Virus record (IMG/VR): IMGVR_UViG_3300037722_000252 | Span: 1-58,942 of that record | Origin: a virus | Taxonomy: Duplodnaviria; Caudoviricetes | DNA: 58,942 nucleotides | Direction: 5' to 3' (one strand) | Part shown: in pieces, positions 18,912 through 29,290 of the stretch | Layout of the letters: every line of letters begins with the position of its first letter | Position numbering within the stretch: the stretch's first letter is position 1 | The notes under the pieces: generated by a model | Databases searched by the model: none | What the model saw: the letters and a program-made list of their open reading frames with translations, nothing else | Told to the model about the DNA's origin: nothing | Made by a program: the position numbers and the translations under genes

Positions 18912-18938
18912 CACGAGGGCTAGCAAGTCTGTCCCGCA

Positions 18939-18968
18939 AAGCTACGCTCCCGTGTGGTGCGGGGTCAA
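18939..18968 (-). promoter_or_regulatory. Candidate late promoter
   Basis: TTGACC-N18-TAGCTT. Confidence 0.6.
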
Positions 18969-18977
18969 CGCTGCGGC

Positions 18978-19937
18978 TCACGCGGGCCTGCCGAGGTCGA
19001 CGCTGATGCGGCGCATGCTCTCGGGTCCGCTGAGGTGCGCTTCCATGCGTCGGCGGGTGTCGCGCCAGTCTTCCGCTTCTCGGTCCCACTGCGATGCTTC
19101 TGAGCCCGGTGGTGGCTTGCGTGGCTCGGCGTAGAACTGCGCAATCGTGGCGCGGAGCATGCCAGCGAACTCGTTGGTCGCGATGGCTCGCTTGCCTTCC
19201 GCGGCGTAGCCGGAGAGCGCGACGGCGAGGATTCGCGGGCGGTCGATGTCCGGCGCTGCTGAGCCGTCCGGTCTAGCCCACGCGTTCGCTCGCATGCCGG
19301 GCGGGCCGAAGTGCTGGTACAGCGTGCGCCTGGCTAGGGGCTCCGTGGCGGGCGGGCAGTCGTCGAGTACGCCGGCGTGGGGTCCGAGCCAGTCGGCGAG
19401 TTCGTCGGGTTCTTCCGCCTCGCGCACGCGCGGTGTGTGTGCTTCTTCGTCTCCGTACTCCGTACTCCGTACTCCGTACTCCGTGCTTGGCAAGGGTATC
19501 CCGATACCATCCGCATGGTATACCTCAGGAAACGGGATCGGGAGTCCGTAACGGCGCGCGAAGTCGTTGACAATGCTGAGTTTAGGCAGTGTGAGTAGAT
19601 GTGTTGACACGCTCTTGCGATGGTTGTCGTTGCCGAGATTTCGGCTCGGCTCGAACTCGAGCGCGTTCCGGAGCCAGAGCACGTTGCGCTCACGGATCAA
19701 CCATGCCTTGTCACCCCCTTCGGATAGTATCCGCATGGCATCAGCTACCCTTCCGGATGGTATCCCCGAGCGCTGCGAGATGACCGCCTCAGGAGCGTCG
19801 AGTACATCAATGCCGGATGGCCCCAGCTTCAGCTTCAGGTGGAACCACACGAGCTGCGGGTCGGACCCGAGGTCCTGAAACTCCGGAGTCTCGGTCAGCA
19901 CCGTGTAGATGCCGCGGTAGTCGCCTCGGTCGCTCAC
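18978..19937 (-). CDS. Putative replication initiator
   Basis: N-terminal wHTH-like region, repeat-containing linker; last early gene. Confidence 0.6.
   Translation of the reverse strand: MSDRGDYRGIYTVLTETPEFQDLGSDPQLVWFHLKLKLGPSGIDVLDAPEAVISQRSGIPSGRVADAMRILSEGGDKAWLIRERNVLWLRNALEFEPSRNLGNDNHRKSVSTHLLTLPKLSIVNDFARRYGLPIPFPEVYHADGIGIPLPSTEYGVRSTEYGDEEAHTPRVREAEEPDELADWLGPHAGVLDDCPPATEPLARRTLYQHFGPPGMRANAWARPDGSAAPDIDRPRILAVALSGYAAEGKRAIATNEFAGMLRATIAQFYAEPRKPPPGSEASQWDREAEDWRDTRRRMEAHLSGPESMRRISVDLGRPA
19451..19485. repeat. Tandem heptamer (CTCCGTA)x4 + CTCCGTG
   Basis: Read directly; encodes STEYGVRSTEYG. Confidence 0.9.
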
Positions 19938-19944
19938 AGTTGGT

Positions 19945-22900
19945 TCAGCGCCTCCGCGCGTTGGTTGAAAGGGAGCGCACCCGCCGAATCAGCCGGTACA
20001 GCAGCGCGACGATGCGCGGACGTAGGCGAGCGGGTCGCGGTCGGAGCACGGGCCTGCCCGTAGGCGCTCGGATGCTCACGGCTCCTCGCTCACGCACTCG
20101 GGGATGGTCTCGCAGATCGCTTTGAGGCGGGCTTCGATGCGGTCGTGGTCAATCCTGATCATGTTGCTGTAAATGACGACCAGAACGAGGATCACCACGG
20201 CAGCGAACGCCACGTCGCCATCGGTTGCGGGCTTGCTCACGGCTTCGTCTCCTCGGGGGCCGCGTCCCCGGAGGGGCGGGCGGGTGGGCCTATGATCATC
20301 AGGAACGCGAGAATCGCCCACGAATCCAAGGCGATTATCAGATGATGGAGCCCGTGGTTATCCCAGTCCCAGGCGATGATCTGAGCCAGCACGATCACCG
20401 AGTACAGAGGCGCGAGTATGGAAGCGTTCACGAACCACAGCCACCACGCGGCCCTCACGGCTCGTCCCCCTCTGTCCCCTCGGGCGCGGCGCGCTCGCGG
20501 ATCTCGTACTTGCTCATCAACACCTTGGCCAAGTAGACGTACTGGCCCCAGCCGATGGGTGCGTTGTCGTTCTCGATCTCGGAGATCAGCCACGCGAGCT
20601 TCCACATGGGGTTGGCGTCGATCTCGTCGCGGTTGTACGTCGGGTCACCCATCAGTCTCTCCTGCCTCTGTCGTGGCGCCCCTGGAGCGGAGCCGGGCAC
20701 GCACGTCGTTGAGGGCTGATTCGACAGTCATGTTGTAGAGGCTGGAGTTGCGGGCGGCCTCCGCCACAACCGAGAAGCCAGGGTACCACGGCTCGTCGCT
20801 GTCTTCGCGCGGCTCGGCTGCGGGCTCGGGACGTGGCATGATCTTCCTTATCAATGTTTCGCACCCCACACATGCACGCTGTCCGTGAACCTCGATCACC
20901 GTCACCTCTCCGTCCCGTAGGTAGCACGGCGACATGTCACTCTTGGCTCGTGGGCAGCGCAGCCCCTCCCCCACGTCAGCCTCTCGCACGTCCTTGGGGG
21001 TGCGGCGACGGTCGGTGGCTCGCGTATTAGCGACCCACTCAACGCCGCCCCTGAAGAAGAGGACTGCTTTGTTCCGCCTCTCCGTCCCACTCCGTCGCTC
21101 GCGCGGCGCGTCTCCTCGGTCGGTGCGCTCGCGATGCTGTGTGCAATGGATGTCTTCTTCGCGCTCGACGTAGTTGAGGCATCCGTGAGTAGCGCATAGC
21201 GGCCACTTCTCGGGGCGCTCGGGGGTGCCGGCGCTGTTGTCGTGAATCGGACACCACGGCTTGCCGGCCGCCATCTCGTCCGTGCACGTGCAGCGCGGGT
21301 AGGCTGTCGTGCTCATCGGGGACCTCCCCATGTGGCACGTCCCATGATGCTGTCGAGCCACGGCGAAGGAGCGAAAATCGTTGTGTCGCATGTAGAGATG
21401 TTGGGGCCGGTCAGGTCGCTCCATCGTCCGATGACCGAATCAGCTTCGCCCACCAGCAGCGTACGAGCCTCGTGGTCCCAACAGAACCACATCGAGCGGA
21501 TGCTGTCGCCGCTGACCCACCAGTTTGCGTAGGCTGTGTCGGACCATTCCATCGACTCCATCCGTGCCCATGTGCTGTCTAGTTCGAGGCGCAGCCCACG
21601 AGGCAACGCCTGGACGCTCGCCGTGTAGTCCTCCCGTCTCGGCGCTTCGTAGGCGAGGATGGAGAGCGTCACGAGTCCGAGCATGACGTAGAGCGGTACG
21701 CGGAGGCTCATCGTCTTCGTGCTCATCGCTCAGCTCCAACGGTCTCGAAGACGGCGACCATCGCGCGGAACAGCCGGTGACGCTCCTGCGAGCGCGCACC
21801 GAACGCTACACCATCGACCTCGCCCGTCGTCACGCTCTGCACACCGCGTAGGTGGAGGATCGCGTCGATCACCGACTGCACGTCGTCGTCTCGCGTCGGC
21901 CTCTCCAGCACCACCGTCAGCGTGTTCACCCTGTCCGTCATCGCTCCTCCTCACGGGCCTCGGGGGTGGCGCGGCGCGGTGCAAGGTTGTCCTCGTTGAG
22001 CGTCGCCCACGTCATCACGCCGACGGTGAGGACAGCGGTAGCAATCGTGACTGTCGCAGGATCAAAGATCCAAGCCACGAGCGCGCCTCCGCACATTCCT
22101 GCGGTCATGTAGACCAGCAGGAGGACGTTCACGGCCCGCGTGTGCTGGACCATCTCTTCGTGCGTTCTCATGGCTTCTCACTCCCTGGGGTGGCGCGGGC
22201 GAGGTAATCGCGGATCGCTTCCTCGTCGGGCCTTTTATCGAGCACGCCCGTGCCGTACTGGTTCGTGATCGCGTTCATGACGCCGCTCGTCGCCAGCGTG
22301 CAAGGCTCATCCCAATTGAGAGCGTTCCCCAGCCTGCCTAATTCAGCGTATGCTACGCGCAACACCTCGCCGATCACCTTATCGGACGGAACGGGGGGCC
22401 GCGCTCCGCCCCCGAGAGGCACCGGCTTACCACCTATGAATTGGCTCATTCGGTCCTCCTTGGGGTGGCGCGCGGCGTCTCGGGGGTGGAGGCGAGGGCG
22501 CGATAGCAGAAGCCGGCACGTTCTTCGTTGCGGGCGGCCTTCTCGTCAGCACCTTTCGCGCGATGGCTTGCAGCGTATCCGTCGAACCACTCGGCGCATA
22601 GCGTCAGCGCCTGTCTCAGCCGCTCCACCTGCTTCTCCAGCCCGTCGATCTTGAGCCGGTCGTGCGCCATCTGAGCGCGCTTCGTGTCCAGTTGGCGGTG
22701 CAGGCTATCGACGTAGGCTTGCTCCACCTCCGGGGCAGGCGCAGCGACCGAAGACGCTCTAGCCGAGCCCCCACCGATAGCACTCGGTTGACTCGCGTCG
22801 GGTGCCGGGCTGGACATCCCGGCTTCGGTCTGTGAGGAGGTGGGGTCTGTTCGCGGGGCAGGCGCAGAGGGGGTGGCGCCTACGGGCACAAGCGCACAGA

Positions 22901-24732
22901 CGTGGACCGTAGCAGCAAACCGCTCCGTTTCTCCCGGCTCCTCATTGAATGTGGCGGTGGCTCCTACGTCACGATGGCATTGGATCATGGATTCACGGTG
23001 CCCGTCGGCTTCTTCGCGCGACCATGCTTTGATCATCGCCCACCCGTCGTCCTCGTCTGCCTCGTCGCTGTACGCGGGCGCGCCGCCAGCCGAGGGTACC
23101 TCCCGCTCCGGTGCGTCCTGAGAGCGGTCCCGTCCGGTGGCGGGCTCGGCTGACGGCGCTTCTACGTCGGCGGATATTGCTTCTCCGCTGTCGTGGTCCT
23201 CACCTCCTTCGGTTGCGGGTGACGCGGGGCCGAACAAGGACACGGGACAGAACGGCGAGTGCCACATGACGCCGGTCGGCACGTCCAGATGGCACCCGGC
23301 AATGCAACGACTCGGCGCCTCCCCCACGCCTGCCTCCGTCTCTACAGAGGCGAGCGCGGCCACGATGCGGTCGGCGTCGTCGCGACCAAATACGTAGGCG
23401 AGTGGCGGCCCGCCTCTAGGGCCAATCGCGTGGAAGCCGCCGATCTCGCACCTCTCGACCTTGCCGAGATATATCACCGCCGCCTCCCTCTCCGCGCGTC
23501 CGCTGCTCTCGTCTCGGGGGGTGCTCATGCGAATGCCCTTCCAGCCATGACGGCGCGCTCCAAGTCAGTGAGGTCCCACGCGTGAACGACCGCGCAGAGG
23601 TCGCCATGGATCGGGCGTAGGAGGAGCGGGTCACGGTCGGGTACGGCGCCGATGCGGAGATCGGCCCATTCTTCGACTTCCCACAGGATCAGATGGTCCC
23701 GCAGGTTGAGCGCGCCGCCGAGTTTGTCCATCCCCTCTGGCGGTACCATCGGAACGAGCGCGTAGCCCCGCGTCCATTCGCGAGCCACCGCCATCATATT
23801 CACGTCGATTGCGAGCGTCGCTGAGCGCCGCCGAGCCTGCTGGGCGTGCGCATCGAACGTCGCTGTGCGTCCAGACCAGCGCATCAGCACCTGCTGCCGG
23901 TCCGCGCGTGCGATTGCGAGCATCGGCCGCCCCTTCTCGTCGCGCGGGCACGTCCGGATCGCCTGCTCGTATCTGACGAGCGGCGTGCCCTCGGCCAGCG
24001 CCTCGTACCCGGCCGCGGCAGCCTCGTACTCAGCATCCGCACGCTTATGCAGCGCCCCCCGGTACGCCCGCAGTCGCTCCCTCGCCTCCGTGGGGTCCAT
24101 CGTAATCGTCTCGACGTTCATCGTCTCAGTCCTCTTTTGTGGGGGCGATGCCGGCGGCGTGCAGGAGGGTGGAGAGGGCTTCGGCGATCGCTTCTTTGCG
24201 GAACGCCAAGCGGGTCGCCTCGTCGAATGGAACCATCCCGCTTATCAGCATTCTCTCGCGAAGGTCGGCGACCATCTCAACGTCCAGCCCCAACTCCTCG
24301 ACGATCGCGCGCAGCACGCACGCAGCGGGGCCGTACACGCCCACGTCCTCGTCCCACGCCATACGGTCGCCGAGATAGCTGCCGGCGCTCTCCGTGTACG
24401 CGAGGCACTCGTCCCGTGCGGCATCCACGACCGCCGTCCTCAGCTTCTCGGCGCTATCCATGCGTAGCCTCCGCGGCCAACGCCTCAGCGGGTCCGAGCA
24501 CTCGGTCGCGGTATGCGTCGCGGAGTTGCCCCAAGATCCAGAAGACCTCCCACGGCGCGACCGTCACGTTGTTCGCGAGCGCGCCCGGCGGATACCCGTG
24601 GGGCACACCTAGCGGGATCACCGGCTCCATCGCCGACTCCATGCTGATCTGCTCGCCCAACTCCCCAAACGCACCCTCGATCTCCTCGATGGCGCGGTCC
24701 AGCGCGTCCAGTCTCTCCCGTAGCGCCCTCAT
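19945..24732 (-). other. Run of about 12 translationally coupled small hypothetical early genes (e.g. 20455-20652, 21313-21726, 21723-21941, 21938-22171, 22168-22449, 22446-23528, 23525-24121, 24126-24461, 24454-24732)
   Basis: Successive ATGA/GTGA overlaps with RBSs; several predicted membrane proteins. Confidence 0.7.
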
Positions 24733-24995
24733 GGCTCGTCCCTCGTCATACGTAAGCTCCTGTTGCGAGGCGATCGACCTCGGCCAGCACTTCGCCGGTC
24801 CGGCCGGAGAGAATCAGCGAATACGCGCTCTTGCCGCCGAACGCCTCGTGGGGGACCTCCATCCAACGCCACGCGGCACCGCGCGGATAGATCCTGCGGA
24901 GGCTCGCGAACACATGATCGCGGTCGGCCAGTCGCGCGTCGCTCCACTCGTATCCCAGGCCGCGCTTTTTCTTCGTCATGGCTCGTCCCTCGTCA
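24729..24995. repeat. 20-bp direct repeat TCATGGCTCGTCCCTCGTCA (24729-24748, 24976-24995)
   Basis: Exact copies flanking the antitoxin-like gene. Confidence 0.92.
24746..24979 (-). CDS. Orphan Xre/MbcA/ParS antitoxin C-terminal domain (DUF2384-like)
   Basis: AWRWMEVPHEAFGGKSAYSLILSGRTGEVLAEVDRLATGAYV fits W-x3-P-x3-[LF]GG...G...V...L-x2-G-x-Y. Confidence 0.75.
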   Translation of the reverse strand: MTKKKRGLGYEWSDARLADRDHVFASLRRIYPRGAAWRWMEVPHEAFGGKSAYSLILSGRTGEVLAEVDRLATGAYV

Positions 24996-25127
24996 GTCGT
25001 GTCTTCATCGTCCTACGCTTCCGTGGTGGGGGCGCCGGCCTGTCTTCGCGGGCCTCGTCGAGTAGCCGCTGCGCCTCTCGGCAGAGCTCACTCACGCGCG
25101 CGCCCTGGGTGTACAGCGTGTCCGCGC

Positions 25128-26606
25128 TCATGCGACACCGATCCGCGCTTCGTCGCGGGCAACGAGTTCGGGGCAGTTGGCTCGCACGATGGCCGCGGCT
25201 ACGGGTGGCGAAACCGAGTTACCGACGAGGCGGACCTGTTCCGTCTTGGTCAGCTTCCGTCCTTCGGCGCCACGCTCGATTCGGTAGGAGTCGGGGAAAC
25301 CCTGGGCCCGGTAGAGTTCGCGCGGCTGAAGCATCCGCATCGCGATATCGACGATGACGTACGGCTCGCCGGCGACCTCGACGGTGACCAACCCGAGGCG
25401 GTCCTTGGTCGTCACGGTGCGGGCGGGCGAGCCAAGAGCCTGCCCGACGCCCACGCCGTAGTACGAGGACAGGAAGGCGTAGACGAGCGCGTGGCGGTCG
25501 CCGCTGGCCCCCAGCTTCGCGAGGCTGGCCGCTACGAGGCTGTTGTGGTCGATCGTGGTGACGGTCGGCGTGGGCTCGCGTAGGTCCGCGCCGTCCACGC
25601 CCGTGAAGTGCTTCGCTAGGTACGCAGCGACGAGCGCGTGTTTCGTGGAGCCGACGATAGTGCCAAGGGGAACCTGTAGATCGAGCGCGCGCGGGCCCTG
25701 ACCGTTGCGCTCCCCGTATCCGGTCTGCACGAGCGATGGGGCGATGTGGCCGACGACGTAGGGGTCGGGGGCGTCGAGGATGAATCGCCGGATGCCTGTA
25801 GCGATTCGCCGAAGCGTCGCCTCCGCGAGCGGGCGCCGCGGCGTGCCCATCTTCCAGCCTTCCGCTCGCCGCTCGCGTGCCCACGCCTTCGCCTCGTCGG
25901 GGGTCGCGAAGATCGAAAGCATCGGAACCCGCCAGTCGATGCAATCGGCGGCGGTGCGGAAGGGGAGGAGGCCCGCGCCGTGCGTCGGCTCCGGCCAGAC
26001 GATCGGATCCCTGTCGCAGCGGGCGACGAGGAAGAGGCGCTTGCGGATCGTCGGGGCACCGAAGTCGCACGCGCGAAGCTCCCGCCACTCGACTCGGTAC
26101 CCGAGACGCTCGAGTCCGCGCACGAATGCCCGGAACGTCTCACCCTTCCGCTTCGGGCAGCGTCGAAGCTCGCCCGGCGGCCCGACGAGCGGGCCCCACT
26201 CGACGAACTCCTCGACGTTCTCCAGGCAGGTGACCCGCGGCCGCACCTGTCCCGCCCACCGCTGCACGACCCACGCGAGCGCGCGACGCTTGCGGTTCCT
26301 GATCGGCTTTCCGCCCTTCGCCTTGCTGTGATCTGTGCAATCGGGACTCGCCCACAGCAGCCCGACCGGCCGGCCTCCGGTAACAACGCGGGGGTCCGCC
26401 TCGAAGACGTCGCATACGTGGTGCGTCGTCTGCGGGTGGTTGGCCATGTGCATCGACACCGCCGCCGCGTCGTGGTTGATCGCCACGTCGACCATGCGGC
26501 CCGTCGCATACTCGATGCCCAGCGACGCGCCCCCACCGCCTGCGAAGAGATCGCAGATGATCTCCTCATGCGTGTCTAAGAGGAGTTGCGAGAAACGCAC
26601 GCTCAT
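25128..26606 (-). CDS. DNA cytosine-C5 methyltransferase
   Basis: DLFAGGGG, SPDC, ENV, RKRLF, GNSV. Confidence 0.95.
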   Translation of the reverse strand: MSVRFSQLLLDTHEEIICDLFAGGGGASLGIEYATGRMVDVAINHDAAAVSMHMANHPQTTHHVCDVFEADPRVVTGGRPVGLLWASPDCTDHSKAKGGKPIRNRKRRALAWVVQRWAGQVRPRVTCLENVEEFVEWGPLVGPPGELRRCPKRKGETFRAFVRGLERLGYRVEWRELRACDFGAPTIRKRLFLVARCDRDPIVWPEPTHGAGLLPFRTAADCIDWRVPMLSIFATPDEAKAWARERRAEGWKMGTPRRPLAEATLRRIATGIRRFILDAPDPYVVGHIAPSLVQTGYGERNGQGPRALDLQVPLGTIVGSTKHALVAAYLAKHFTGVDGADLREPTPTVTTIDHNSLVAASLAKLGASGDRHALVYAFLSSYYGVGVGQALGSPARTVTTKDRLGLVTVEVAGEPYVIVDIAMRMLQPRELYRAQGFPDSYRIERGAEGRKLTKTEQVRLVGNSVSPPVAAAIVRANCPELVARDEARIGVA

Positions 26607-26638
26607 CGGGCCCCGCTGGTGAGGGGGCGGGGCAGGGT

Positions 26639-26805
26639 AACATGTGCGGCCACTTCTGAGCGGCCGGACGGGCTGTCGAGGGAGGGGCGAGTCAGGCGCG
26701 GGGCGCGTGAGCGCCCGTCAACGGCCGTCCAGTCTTTCCGCGAGAAAGAACGCGGGCACCGCTGTCGTTCAGGATTCGCGGGGTGAGGGAAACATGTACG
26801 GCCAC
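26639..26805. other. Candidate attP
   Basis: Non-coding gap just downstream of int; AACATGT(G/A)CGGCCAC at 26639-26653 and 26791-26805; TCTTT-N7-AAAGA at 26733-26749. Confidence 0.5.
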
Positions 26806-26808
26806 AAG

Positions 26809-27873
26809 TCAGCCTCGAACGGCCTTCCGCGCCATCGTGATCGTGACCGACTCCCTCATGTGCCCGTACGCGTCGTCCGTGGTCCGGATCGACGAGTGCC
26901 CGAGAAACACCCGGAGCTGTTCCAGGCTCACGCCCGATTCGAGGCACATCCGTGCGTACGTGTGCCGGCCCTGATGCCACCCGGCGCCCATTCGGTTGAG
27001 GCCCGCGGAGTCGAGTAGCTTCGCCATCCAGCGCCACTGCACGCGCCGTCCGATCGGCTGTCCGCCACGGTGCACCACGTAGCCCTCGGTGCCCGAATGA
27101 TTCCAGCCGGGCAGGATCAGCGCGGTCCTCGCGCGTTTGCCTTTGAGCGGCTTCGGCAGAGTCCGACCCTGCGGGATCTGACGCTGCACCCGGACCGTGT
27201 CGCCGGTGATGTCTTCCCAGCGCAGCCCGAACACCTCGCCGACCCGGAGTCCCATGTAGAGCGCGCAGTCGAGCGCGACGAGAAGCTGCGGGTCGATCTT
27301 CGGGGCGGCCCTCCTGAGCTTCATAGTCTCCGCGTCCGTCCAGTAGCGCACGTCGGGCTCGACGGGTTTCGGGAGCACCACCTTCGGAAACGGAAGCTCG
27401 AGCCAGAGCCAGAAGCTCCTGAGGCTCACCACGTACTGCCGTACCGTGCTCGGTCGGTAGCCGGCGTCGATCAGCGCGTTGACGAGCACCTGAACCTCGA
27501 TGTCCGCGACCGGCTGCAGGGGCGGGTAGTGGTCCGTCAGATGACGGAGCGCCGTCGAGTCGCCGGCCAACGTCCTCGGCTCCACTACCCGCGCGCGGTG
27601 CACTCGGTAGGCATCGATCACCTGAGCGAGTCGCCGGACCGGGGCCCGCCCGCCGTAGCGTTCCTCGTACGCGGCCCTCCACTTCTCGGCCTCGCGCCGG
27701 CTCTCCGTCCGGTGTCCGCCCTCGGGCCACGCCGGATGAGACGGGTCGCGCATCGTCGGCCGGCCCATGCCCAGCCACCGGAGGTCGATCGCGTAGTAGC
27801 GTCCCCTTCGCCATAGCCTAGAGCCGTCCAGCCACGGAGTGTGCGATTTCTGAGCGCCGGTGCCACGGGCCAC
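26809..27873 (-). CDS. int: Tyrosine recombinase/integrase
   Basis: GLRVGE, LKGK, HQGRHTY, LGHSS, TDDAY; likely GTG start at 27873 after GGAGG (ORF extends to 27921). Confidence 0.92.
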   Translation of the reverse strand: MARGTGAQKSHTPWLDGSRLWRRGRYYAIDLRWLGMGRPTMRDPSHPAWPEGGHRTESRREAEKWRAAYEERYGGRAPVRRLAQVIDAYRVHRARVVEPRTLAGDSTALRHLTDHYPPLQPVADIEVQVLVNALIDAGYRPSTVRQYVVSLRSFWLWLELPFPKVVLPKPVEPDVRYWTDAETMKLRRAAPKIDPQLLVALDCALYMGLRVGEVFGLRWEDITGDTVRVQRQIPQGRTLPKPLKGKRARTALILPGWNHSGTEGYVVHRGGQPIGRRVQWRWMAKLLDSAGLNRMGAGWHQGRHTYARMCLESGVSLEQLRVFLGHSSIRTTDDAYGHMRESVTITMARKAVRG

Positions 27874-28156
27874 GCTTCCTCCGGGGGCGGATGAGGCGGG
27901 CAAGATGTTCCTCGCATCCACGCACGGGCAACCGCCAGTGGCGGTCCTTGTGAGCGCCCGGTATCTCCTTGGCCGCCCGCGCCCACCACTTCGGGCTCCG
28001 GCTGTAGCGTCGGCTCGCCTGGACCGTCGTGATGTAGACCGGCCCCGCGTCGGTGAGCGCGGTAGCGAGCTCGTCGAGCGTCATGTCACCCGAGCCCACA
28101 ACCAAGGACACCCGCGTGTCACCCGGAAGGCTCGCGATCGTAGCTGCCAGGCTCAT
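27818..28156 (-). CDS. Excisionase-like winged-helix protein
   Basis: YITTVQASRRY...IPGAHK..HWRLP; overlaps the int start. Confidence 0.6.
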   Translation of the reverse strand: MSLAATIASLPGDTRVSLVVGSGDMTLDELATALTDAGPVYITTVQASRRYSRSPKWWARAAKEIPGAHKDRHWRLPVRGCEEHLARLIRPRRKRGPWHRRSEIAHSVAGRL

Positions 28157-28467
28157 GCGCCCTCCGCCATCCACCGCGTGTACAGAGCCGGCACGTCACC
28201 GAGATAGACCGGCGCAAGCCCGAACTGGTCTGCTGTCGGGTCGAGAATCCGCCCATCAGCCAACCTCAACCAGCAGTGATTCCGGTGTGGGAACCAGACC
28301 TCCTCTAGCGTTGTCCGGTAGCCGAACATCGCCAGGAGTGATTCCAGGGGCGCTGCAACGGCGAAGCACATCAGGTCACTCGCTCTGCTCTCCAGCACAC
28401 CGTGGCGGAACTCGGTGGCGAAGTGCAGCAACACATCGTCGGTCCATTCGCACTCAGTCGCGCTCAT
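28153..28467 (-). CDS. Small papain/transglutaminase-like fold protein
   Basis: C...HCWL...ILDPTADQF Cys-His-Asp pattern. Confidence 0.55.
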   Translation of the reverse strand: MSATECEWTDDVLLHFATEFRHGVLESRASDLMCFAVAAPLESLLAMFGYRTTLEEVWFPHRNHCWLRLADGRILDPTADQFGLAPVYLGDVPALYTRWMAEGA

Positions 28468-28778
28468 GCGGGCACCACCAGTCCAACGCGGGCGGCCCAA
28501 TCGAACGAGTCCGCCGCGCTACGCCACAGTTCCCACGGAATACCGGCGTCCTCGCAGGCTAGACGGAACCCCTCTTGGTGTACGGTGAGCTTTCCCTTGT
28601 GCGTTTTCAGTTCCGCGAACGTCCACGCTTCGGGGTGGATCACAATCAGGTCGGGGATGCCGGGCGATGTGCGGGTGCCGCCTGGATCGCGCCGGTATCC
28701 CTGGGACGTGTCGTAAACAGCACACCCGATCTGGCGGAGGAACTCCTTCACGTTCTTCTGGATATCCGCTTCTCTCAT
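28464..28778 (-). CDS. VRR-NUC nuclease (Holliday junction resolvase-like)
   Basis: PGIPDL...FAELK..KGKLT..Q. Confidence 0.88.
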   Translation of the reverse strand: MREADIQKNVKEFLRQIGCAVYDTSQGYRRDPGGTRTSPGIPDLIVIHPEAWTFAELKTHKGKLTVHQEGFRLACEDAGIPWELWRSAADSFDWAARVGLVVPA

Positions 28779-29290
28779 CGCACGGTCTTCCATTTCTCGC
28801 GCCGCACTATCGCCCGCACAGTTGGGTACGAGACGGGGAAGTCGCGCGATATGCCCTGCATGCTCTCGCCAATCGCGTGACGGCGCCGGATCTCACGTAC
28901 GTCATGCACAGTCAGCTTCATTGGCCGCCGTGGGATTAGCCCGATCTCGTAAGCGTGGGCGATGTTGTCAGCGTGTGTGAGGTACTCCAGGTTGTCGACA
29001 CGATTGTTCTTTGGGTCGCCGTCTCTGTGGTTGACCTCGCAACCATCCGGACATGGCCCCAAGAACGCCTCCGCGACGAGCTGGTGGATCTTCACAATCC
29101 GCTGGGGCCTGGGAGCGTCGCTTAGCCGAACGACCAGATACCCACCGCCACCCATATGGCCGATCTCTCGCCCGATGTGCGTGCTCTTGCCTCGCGCGAT
29201 GCGCCGCACCTTGCCAGTGTTGCTTACGTCGTAGGGCCATCCCTCCACAGGACGCCACTCGATGTCGCGGCTGATCTGGCGCTCGCTCAC
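28775..29290 (-). CDS. NUMOD4-HNH homing endonuclease with C-terminal HTH
   Basis: EWRPV...YDVSNTG, HQLVAEAF, VNHRDGDPKNNRVDNLEY. Confidence 0.92.
   Translation of the reverse strand: MSERQISRDIEWRPVEGWPYDVSNTGKVRRIARGKSTHIGREIGHMGGGGYLVVRLSDAPRPQRIVKIHQLVAEAFLGPCPDGCEVNHRDGDPKNNRVDNLEYLTHADNIAHAYEIGLIPRRPMKLTVHDVREIRRRHAIGESMQGISRDFPVSYPTVRAIVRREKWKTVR

Noticed and set aside
18830-18914. Complete tRNA gene
   Set aside because: Only a T-arm-like hairpin; no D or anticodon arm
26603-27814. 403-aa alternative-frame ORF over the integrase
   Set aside because: Low-complexity translation; all catalytic motifs are in the 26809 frame
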